Source: Schizochytrium sp. TIO01
Taxonomy: Eukaryota > Protista > Bigyra: Labyrinthulomycetes
Length of the DNA: 64,000 bases
Reading direction: 5' to 3'
Assembly (NCBI GenBank): GCA_004764695.1
Contig: SMSO01000032.1
Coordinates: forward strand, 2,604,001-2,668,000
The notes beneath the pieces were generated by a model. It saw only the letters and a list, made by a program, of their open reading frames with translations, did not search any database and had not been told where the DNA came from. Each line of letters starts with the position of its first letter. The first letter of the stretch is position 1. Below are positions 44,499 through 53,800 of this stretch, in pieces. The position numbers were made by a program, and so were the translations under genes.

Positions 44499-47400
44499 TC
44501 AAAGAGAGGGCACTGAGGATTCTGATGTTTGACTAGTTCCTCTCCTCCGACCCTTGCTTTTAGTTTTCCTAGATTTAATGTGTTCTAAAGCTTCAGACTT
44601 CATAACACGATTGATACGCATACGTGCCGACCAGACGGCAGCCATTGCAGCACTCTTAAATTTGCGACGGAGGTTGAATGTTTTCATACGCTGCTGGGCT
44701 TCACCAAGGTCGGGCGCTTCATGCGTAGTATTATGGACGATGTCAAGATGCGTGAGCCAGGGGTGCTGAAGAATTTCTGCAGTAGTGATGCGTTTAGTCA
44801 TCGACACCGTCAGCATCTGGGTGATCAGGTCCTTTGCATCATCAGAAATATGCCCCCAACTATCTTCAGGAAAATCGAACTGGCCTGTCATGACCTTTAT
44901 GATTTGCATAAATCCTTCAGGGAAAGGCAAGTAGCCACAGAGTAGGCAATAAAGCAGGACTCCCATGCTCCAAACATCACAAGCAGGAGTATACTTCATT
45001 TTGTTGACCTCAGGGGCTGAATAACCCGGAGAACCAATTCGCTTGTCCTTGTAAGGGTCTTGGTCAGGATAATCCATGAGAAAGGCCGTACCATAATCGG
45101 CAATCTTCACTGTTGAGTAAAAAGACTGATCTGTGAAAATCACGTTCTCAGGCTTGAGGTCACGGTGCACAATACCAATATGGTGAAGATCATGAATAGC
45201 ACGAATCAAGGTACGGAACAAATGAGCCGCGTCTTGCTCGGTATAGTGGCTGCGTGCGACAATGCGCTCGAAGAGTTCACCACCATCAAGCTTTTCCATG
45301 ACAAGGCAGGTTCGTGGCGGTTCAGCAGCAGTACAAACAGCGTAGAGGTGCACCAGGTTAGGATGAACCGGGAGTTCCTCTCGGATCTTACGCATGACGC
45401 GAATCTCCCACTCAAAGTTTTGCACACGGCGTTCATGATCGGTCATCACCTTTTCAAGTTCTTCATTATTGTGAGCGTCCTCATCCTTGTCGTCATCACT
45501 GCGTTGAGGCGTCCGTTGGCTGACTGATTTGGTATTCATACGGTGTTTGGCAGGTGACATTGGCGGTGAGGCAAGATCATCCTCATCGATAGTCTCATCA
45601 GTAGGTACACGACGCATGGATCCCCCATAGACGTACGAAGTGTAGCGTGACCGGGAAGAACCCCCTTCTTCGCCAACAGACATGCTTTCAAAAGAGGATC
45701 GCTTTGACACACGATTAGACAAGCGTTTCACAAATGAAGAGGCGCGCTTTGCAGCCGATGCAGTGAGGCTGCTTCGTTGGTCAGAGACAGTTTCACCAGC
45801 TTTGAGAAGCATGATCTTCACAGCAACCTCCGTGCCAGATCTACGATGAATCGCGGTGTAAACGTTTGCAAATCCGCCTTCGCCAAGAAGATCGCGAAGT
45901 TCAAACTGCTCCTCCAAGGGTCTGCGATCCTGCAATGGCTTCCATAGCTCTTCAGTCATAGTGAGAGCCCTGGAGAGATGGCGTCCATTTGCAAAGGCGA
46001 TTGCACTAGGCGTGCGGTCCCCAGAGAAGCCCTGGTGCTTGAGCACGACTTCGCGTTGGTGCTCATTGTGATGCCTGTCACTGGGGTGCCTTTGGTTGCC
46101 CTCATGGCGGCCCTTTGAGCGGTGTTTCTTCTTCGACTTGGAGGAACTAGTCCAACCCATCACCGCTCCAACATCTAGTAGCGCTCTCACAAAATCCTCT
46201 GCTTCTTTGCTATTTTGAAGCTGTTCTCCGGCTAACCACTTCCTTGAGGAGGAGGATGTCGAAGACGCTCCCGAGGATCCTGATGAAACCGACGACGCTC
46301 CCGACCTTTGTGAGGAGTCTGAGTTTGCCCTTGGGCGTGTGCTCGAGCCCAAGTCTTCCCGCGAGTCTTTCCTCAGCCTCTTCTCTTCCTCCAGCTCAAT
46401 CCCCGCCTCGTCTTGGTTTCTTTCAAGTTCTGCAGCAACCTCTCCACCAACCTTTTCGGGTTCTGCTTCTGGCCGGCCTCCGCTCAATTGCACGTTGTTC
46501 TTGTTCTTGTCCTTGATGCTGTGGTCAGCAGCCGCGCTAGCACTGCTAGGTCCACCGTCACGTTTTTGATAGCGATCTGCTTCCTGGCCTGCTCCTGCTA
46601 CTTCTGCTCGCACGCCCTTTTCCGCCGAGCAAACCGAATTTGCATCACCTGCAGCTCTATCGTTATCGCTAGCCAGCCTCCCACCAACAGCGGCCTCTTC
46701 TGCTGCTGACTTGAAACTACCTTCACACGATGATTCCTGATCACTAGGATCTTCTTCTCCATCGCCTTCTTCGTCGTCTTCGAAGTCTTGTGCACCTCTG
46801 TAAGTTCCTGCGCCGCTACCGTCGCCGCTGCTACTCCAAACGGTAAGCAGGGTCTTACTCGTACCACCTTTGCTGCCAGAGGGGCTAGGACCACCGCTAC
46901 CGTATTCGCTAGCAGGCCCCACAGCCGCCCCTCTCACGTGCTGTGATTCGTCGCTCTTTCGTGCACAACTTGAGAGCTCTTCGTCTTGGCCGACCGGTGC
47001 GGGTTCCCCGCCCTCGCAGGAACTCCCTCGTTCGCCATTCGAGCCTCGCACACCCCGGTCTGCTGCGGGGAACCCTCTGGGAGGAGGTGTGGAGGGCCCT
47101 GTGGGGGGATCTGCGGGAACCCCAGGCGCCTGGGCGTCTGCGCTGGCAGGCGCCAACTTCGAGATCGTAGATCCCGCCGGGGCGTGCGCCAAACCTGCGC
47201 CAGGCGCCGTGGGTGCAGCGCCCACCAGTGGTTCTTGCTGACCGGCGTATTCGCCCCCGGCAGACACGCCTGTGGCATCCAAAACATGCCCTGGAGCGAG
47301 GCCCGTACCGGCACGTGCGCCACCTCCGGCGCTTGACATAGGGCCGTAGCTAGGCGATCCGGTAGGACTAATTAGCGCGGGGATGGTCTCGCAGGGCACA

Positions 47401-47951
47401 GAACCCGATGAAGAAGACGACGGAGAAACAACAGGCGGAGGCACGCCTTTCGAGGCCTCGGCGCTGTCGGTCTGCGAGGAACGGAGGTCCACGGCGGCGG
47501 ATGATTTGAGATCCAGCGGCACCTGCCTCGAGGTAGCGCCGTTTTGGGGCTTTGAAGCTGCTGATGGAAGTGACGATGGATTTGGGGCGCCATCTTGGTG
47601 AGTTCTAGCAGCCGAGTTTGAGCGAATCGCGCGTGAAGGATTGGGACGAAAGATGTAAGAGCGGGCCTCGAGAGGCGGGGCAACGGCCACAGAAGGGTCT
47701 CTGGGGAGAAGGTCTATGACCTGGACGCGCACGCCGTCCTTCACGCCACCCAGCACCGTTGTTGCGCCGGGCAGGATCTCGTGCACGGCCTCCGGCTGCC
47801 ATTCAAAGGCTGATGCGGACTCTCGCGTATGCCACTGTAGGATAGCAGGCCCGCGCGTACCACGGACGAGGCGAATCAGGCGCTGGCGGCCGCAAACCTC
47901 CGCCTCGCCCTCAAACAGCGCGCCAGAGCTGGAACGGGGTGCGCCGGACAT
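44499..47951 (-). CDS. CAMK-group Ser/Thr kinase (CCaMK/CaMK-like) with long N-terminal extension
   Basis: LGEGGFANV, VAVK, HPNLV, GGELFERIV, HRDLKPEN, DYG, GSPGYSAPE, CDVWSMGV, HPW, and CaM-binding FNLRRKFKSAAMA. First ATG at 47951. Confidence 0.93.
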   Translation of the reverse strand: MSGAPRSSSGALFEGEAEVCGRQRLIRLVRGTRGPAILQWHTRESASAFEWQPEAVHEILPGATTVLGGVKDGVRVQVIDLLPRDPSVAVAPPLEARSYIFRPNPSRAIRSNSAARTHQDGAPNPSSLPSAASKPQNGATSRQVPLDLKSSAAVDLRSSQTDSAEASKGVPPPVVSPSSSSSGSVPCETIPALISPTGSPSYGPMSSAGGGARAGTGLAPGHVLDATGVSAGGEYAGQQEPLVGAAPTAPGAGLAHAPAGSTISKLAPASADAQAPGVPADPPTGPSTPPPRGFPAADRGVRGSNGERGSSCEGGEPAPVGQDEELSSCARKSDESQHVRGAAVGPASEYGSGGPSPSGSKGGTSKTLLTVWSSSGDGSGAGTYRGAQDFEDDEEGDGEEDPSDQESSCEGSFKSAAEEAAVGGRLASDNDRAAGDANSVCSAEKGVRAEVAGAGQEADRYQKRDGGPSSASAAADHSIKDKNKNNVQLSGGRPEAEPEKVGGEVAAELERNQDEAGIELEEEKRLRKDSREDLGSSTRPRANSDSSQRSGASSVSSGSSGASSTSSSSRKWLAGEQLQNSKEAEDFVRALLDVGAVMGWTSSSKSKKKHRSKGRHEGNQRHPSDRHHNEHQREVVLKHQGFSGDRTPSAIAFANGRHLSRALTMTEELWKPLQDRRPLEEQFELRDLLGEGGFANVYTAIHRRSGTEVAVKIMLLKAGETVSDQRSSLTASAAKRASSFVKRLSNRVSKRSSFESMSVGEEGGSSRSRYTSYVYGGSMRRVPTDETIDEDDLASPPMSPAKHRMNTKSVSQRTPQRSDDDKDEDAHNNEELEKVMTDHERRVQNFEWEIRVMRKIREELPVHPNLVHLYAVCTAAEPPRTCLVMEKLDGGELFERIVARSHYTEQDAAHLFRTLIRAIHDLHHIGIVHRDLKPENVIFTDQSFYSTVKIADYGTAFLMDYPDQDPYKDKRIGSPGYSAPEVNKMKYTPACDVWSMGVLLYCLLCGYLPFPEGFMQIIKVMTGQFDFPEDSWGHISDDAKDLITQMLTVSMTKRITTAEILQHPWLTHLDIVHNTTHEAPDLGEAQQRMKTFNLRRKFKSAAMAAVWSARMRINRVMKSEALEHIKSRKTKSKGRRRGTSQTSESSVPSL

Positions 47952-48925
47952 AGCGGATATCGATGGTTTGCTCAAACAGGAGCCGGCGACAACATCAAAC
48001 TGGCTGACCTTGTTCCGTTCTATTCCTTTCCATTCTGTTCCATTGTGTTCTGTTCTGTGTTCCCTTTCTTCGAGTCCTTTCTTTCTTTCTTCCTTTCTTC
48101 AAAGGTTTCTCTCTCTCAAACTTTCTTGCTAGCTTCTACCTCGTAGAGCTTAAGTAGCCTAGCTCTAGCTAGAGGTACCTAAGTACAATCCACTTATGAT
48201 CTTGTGAATGATCCGCATCATTCCAAATGTAGAAATGAAAACGACGACGTCCCGCTCTATATATGGCGGCGTCCTGGACATCGTACCCCAACACATGTCC
48301 AGGCTTCAGCGTGGAGGTGCGTTTAGCTAGGAAGGCGTTGTGATACCTTCAATCGGTTGATGAGGCGGAGGAATTGCTACCTACTACTGCTTAGAGGATT
48401 GAGGGTTGCTTTGTAAATCCTGATTTTATTTTTATTATTTTTATTTAATTAAGTTAAAAATTAATTTTTTAACTAAAATTAAAACTTTTAATTTTAGAAG
48501 AAAAAATTAAAATCTAACTACCCCTGGTAAGTGGAAGGACCAGAAGCTGCTAGTTGCGTTGTCTGCTTGAGTTCAATAAACGTATCTGTACAATTGCAAA
48601 GCCAACATGTATATCGTCAAGTCTACGATATATGCGCTCGGCTTGCTCTCTCTGCTGAATACAGGTGGCGTGCTATTGTTGGCAGGATGGCAGATCGAAA
48701 TTCAAAGATTTCTGCTTCTCGCTGTGAACTGCAAAACACGGAAGGCATCTGTGAATGGTTTTTAGACAACTAAAATGGAACAGAGCCTTGTTAGTCTGCA
48801 TTACATAGTGAGAAAGGAGGGTGGTTCACTACGGTGTACGTCTATACTGCTATCCAGGGATCGTTTCCAGATAGAAAAAGATAGAGGTGATAGACAACAG
48901 CCTCTAGTAGAACGTCACTTTGGTT

Positions 48926-50194
48926 CTAGTCTGTTTCCGAAGAGGGCGAGTCCTGCGAAGATTCTGGTTTACCCTGAAATGTAAGATTGATTTCGGACAG
49001 AAATGAAATAACCTCGCGATCGATTTGGTCATGCAAGGTCTGCAAAAAGTCTGCAAAAGGCACAGAAATGCAACCTTGTGTTGCAACTTCGATTTCCTTC
49101 TTCAGAGTCGAGAGCTCTTCTTTTCTGGTATCTTCAGAACCACCACTATCCGCGACCTTGCCGATACTGGTACTGCTCAGAGAAGAGGAGTGACCGCGAG
49201 AGCCTTGATTAGACTTGAGTTTCTCTTTAGCTTCCTTGCTTGTGACAGATGTCTTCTCTACGACATTCATAATCATGACCTTAAGAGCATCCAGGTTAAG
49301 TAGACTTTCCTTGGAGTTAGAATAGCCTCGCTGCATTTTGTTGGACGATTCACTAAATAGTCCCGGGCGGGAAACACGAACCTTGCTCCGCTCTTTGAGA
49401 TGCGCTTCATCACTGCTCTGGTCCTGGCGCTGCGATCTCCGCGCATATTTTTGCCTCCCTTCATCCAGGGACTCAGACGAGCGTTTTTGTCCCCGAATCA
49501 AAGAGGGAGAGGAGGAGGGGGCACGACCTCTTGGTGATCTCAATACATCGCTACTGTTGTCCTCCTTTTGTGAGTTGCCTTCCTTCGACATCTGCCTCAA
49601 AGACTCTCTCGTAGACCGCTCAGGAGGCTGGCTCTTAACATTGGAATGTTGGTCCTTCTCTGAGTCCTGCTCGTCATTGTTATTGTCTTCCTCAGACTCG
49701 GCGCGGGGAAAATTCAATTTGGCAGCCAATCCATGGAGGTCATAAGCTGCTTTATCGTAAGCTCGAGCCGCAGCCGCTTCATCGCGGAAAAGACCTAGGT
49801 ATGTGGTATGACCTTTATGCTTAATCTTGGCTCGCCATGAACGACTGGGCTTATCCCATAGAACACCACGGTATTGGGATGTCCCTCGTGATTTTCCATC
49901 TCGCTTAGTCAAATACTGAAAGGCGCCAGGGGGGGCGTCCTTGTAGTCAGCGAGCGGAAAGTTCAGACGAAGCTGCTTGCCAGCATCCGGCTGATTTAGT
50001 GAAAGCGTAGCTTTGTCATATGCACGGGCAGCTTCGATTTCGCTGTCAAAGTAGCCTACGTGCGCAGAGTTCACTTTGCAGCGCCATGTGTTGTTATTTC
50101 GGTCCCAGCTTACGCCACGGAACTGGCTCTGTGGGATACCATTCGTTGTTTTCCGTTGCATCCAAAGTGCTTGCTGGTTTGGCATCAATATCAT

Positions 50195-50226
<32 letters not shown>

Positions 50227-50337
50227 GGTTTGTATTTAAAAATGAAGCCAAAGTGGAGTTGAAGTTCGGAATTTGCAGCATAGAAGGTGGTGCAAGGTAA
50301 TAAACGTTGCTTGCCATCTGGTTTTGTTGGTCCACAG

Positions 50338-50377
<40 letters not shown>

Positions 50378-50744
50378 GGTGGTGCTGCTGGTGCTGGCCT
50401 GATGAAGCATTAAATTTTGAAATCCAAACGGAAAAGGATTACTTTGCTGTTGCTGTTGCTGTTGCTGTTGTTGCCATTGTTGTTGCCATTGTTGTTGCCA
50501 TTGTTGTTGCCATTGTTGTTGCCATTGTTGCTGCTGTTGTTGCTGCTGTTGTTGCTGCTGTTGTTGCTGTATTAGCCAGTGATATAACCACACACAAACC
50601 CAAGTGAAGATTAAAAAATTAAAGAGTCCAGTTAGAAAAACCATTGATCTTGTTGTCCAAACTTTGGCAATACACTTGACCTTGTCACCTTTAAGGAGAA
50701 GAGAATGGAAAATCCATGCTCAGAACTTACGTTGTTGTTATTGT

Positions 50745-50791
<47 letters not shown>

Positions 50792-51189
50792 TTGTTGTTG
50801 TTGTTGCTGCTGCTGCTGCTGTTACTGCTGTTATTGTTGTCATTGTCACCACTACTAATAAAGTTGTTGTTGTTGAAGTTCGGATTGTGATTATTGTTGG
50901 CGCTGCTGTTGTTACTACCATCGTTGCTGCTATTTCTGTCTATTGTACCACCGCCTGCGCCGAGTGCGTTGCTTAAACCTCCGCTGGCACCCTCAGTGCC
51001 CGGATTGGAGTTTGGAGGCGGCATCCCAGAGACCAGAGCCGGAGATGGGATGGTGGGCTGCGCCATGGCGTAGTTGCCAGCAAGGTTCTGCCCAGGCATT
51101 CGAAGCGTCGGCGGCTGCCAGGGTCCATTTCCTTCATTGCTCCCATTCTCAGAGCCATTGAGCACGAACGGAAAGAAAAGGTTATTCAT
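48926..51189 (-). CDS. Transcription factor with two AP2/ERF domains and polyN/polyQ N-terminus (exons 51189-50731, 50566-48926)
   Basis: SQFRGVSW..W...VGYFDSEIEAARAYD..LNFP and SQYRGVLW..WRAKI..YLGLF..AAARAYD..HG..AKLNFP. A phase-0 intron GTAAGT(50730)..ATACAG(50567) joins the two track ORFs. Confidence 0.9.
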
Positions 51190-52564
51190 GAAAGCGATGC
51201 CGCGCCGCGGGCCTTGAGCGAGGAACCCGGGCCCCGGCCGGGGTGGACTCGGCTAAGGAAAGGGCTTTAAAGGAGCCCCCGCTGTTCGATGGTGTGTGGG
51301 TGCGTTTTGCGATGTATACCTCTGCTACGCGCTGGCAATCAAGAGTGACTACAATGCATCTCTCTTTGCCCCTCTCCCTCAGTCCCCGTAGCGGACCCCG
51401 GCGGAGGAGCGCTGCGAGGGCGAATTGGGGGCTGCCAAAGCTGCAAATCCTAGAACAGCCGGCGCCACTCTGCGAACTGCAGCTCAGAGTCTCGAAACAG
51501 CGACACTATTTTTTTTTCAGGATGCGGAATTCTTGAATTGGCGAACGAAGGAATGAACGAATGAATGAATGAATGACCCAAATGTGACGAAGGCGCGATG
51601 AATCAGGCGCAGGGAGGCACTGCGAGGCCAAGGCCGCTTCGAGGCTGCCTCGGGGCCGGCGCGGGATCAGGCTCAGGCGAGAAGGCTGCCGGAGGCTCGT
51701 GCGGATACGCAGACGGCCGGATACGACGTCAAGTGGGTCTGGAGGGCAGAGGAGGTTTTGCTTTTAGAAAGCAAGCGAGAAAGAGAGAAAAACTCGAAGG
51801 CGGCAAAAGAAAGAAGAGAAGCAAAATCAAAAAGAACGAACTAAACAAATCAAATAAGGAGAGAGAAAGAAAGAAGGCTTTGAACAGGCAGAGAGTTACC
51901 ATAAATAAGCATGCTGATTTTACGCTATTACGCTTTGGGGGGAAGGGCTGAGAGGGTTGCCATAATGAACGGGAAGCCGAGCAGGTTTAGAGGATAATAG
52001 GCCTGGTTTGTGAGGTACCCAGAGAATATGCAAAGGCAGAAAAGACCAGAGCTACGCAGCTTAGCAAGGTCTCAGATCTTTTTAGGAATATATATTTTAA
52101 TAGCAAGAAACTAAGGAACACTGGGCACAACTAACTAACTCAGAGGAGCAGGGGCATTGCGGTGTGCTTTGGGATGCCCCCTCTGGCACACAGCTGTTTT
52201 TTAAATGGAAGCTTGTGAGGGAGTGCAGAAAAATCTATCTGTCGCAGAGGGGCTGAGAGGGCAATGTTTGGGCACAGTGGAGTAGAGAGGGTGGAGAGCT
52301 TCGTTTCCTTCTTCTTCTGCGTGTTCTATTTTCATTCAAGTGCTCTCGCGTGGAGACTCCTTTCGGGCAGAAATGTCGATCAAGATACTGCTCTCCATTC
52401 AATTCCTTGATAAGAGAAAGCTGAGATCCTCGGTACGCGTGGCTTTAGCCTCTCTTTGGATTGAGAAGCAGTTTCCTCGACTCCATCAATTGCCACGAAG
52501 GTGGAGATGAGCGATCCTTGCTGACAAGAATGAGCGAACGACATTTAACCCATCAAGCATTCAT

Positions 52565-53004
<440 letters not shown>

Positions 53005-53229
53005 AGAAATATACAAATAGCCAAATTGATCAATGAAACGCTTCGAGTCCAGGGCGGTGTACTCTGCCGAAGCAAAGCAGAAGAGCTCTTAGCGAACGAA
53101 GCGCGAATAGATTTGATCGTTCATCCGTTTGTCGTGGATGTTTTAGAGGGCATGCATGCATGACCCCTCCGTCCTTTGCTTGCTTTCTTTCCTTCTTTCT
53201 TCTCTATTGCATTCATTCTTTGACACATA

Positions 53230-53800
53230 AATTGATCGATCGATACATAGATAGATACATAGATACATAGATAGATACATAGATACATAGATATTCATTC
53301 GTTGTGCTCGAGCACTCGCTCTGGAGCACGCCTCGCAGGCCCGTGGCGATGGAACAGCTCAGGGCCTCCCGATCGTGCGTCCGTTTGCTCGTCTCGCTCG
53401 CTGGCGTACGAAGCCCAAGCGTAGGCACGAAGAAGAAGAGGTCCTCCTCCTCATATACATACACACATATATATCGAGGCGCGAAACCATCGCGGAGCCA
53501 CGAAGGCTCAAGCTCCCGGTTTACATATGTGTATGTACATAAATAGATAACCCCGGGACACCATACGAGCTGGCTGGCTGCACGGCTGCAGGCGACGAGA
53601 CCGGAGACAGGTGCGTCGATCGGTCGCTGGCTTGGCCGGTTGAGCTGTCGATTGATGGATTATGATTGATTGATTGATCGATCGATCGATCGATCGACTG
53701 AGTGAGTGAGTGAGCGATTGATTGATTGAGCGATTGTTTGGGTGAAAGAAAGAGTGAAAGAAAGAGTGAAAGAAAGAGTGAGTGAGTCAGGCAGTGAGTG
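53230..53800. repeat. Mosaic of short tetranucleotide repeats (GATC, ATAG/ATAC, GATT, GAGT, GAAA)
   Basis: Visible at 53233-53290 and 53660-53800. Confidence 0.85.

Noticed and set aside
3756-47975. TTG/GTG start codons in the ORF track (5027, 5658, 14362, 20457, 26285, 36724, 47975)
   Set aside because: Artefacts of prokaryote-style ORF calling; downstream in-frame ATGs were used instead.
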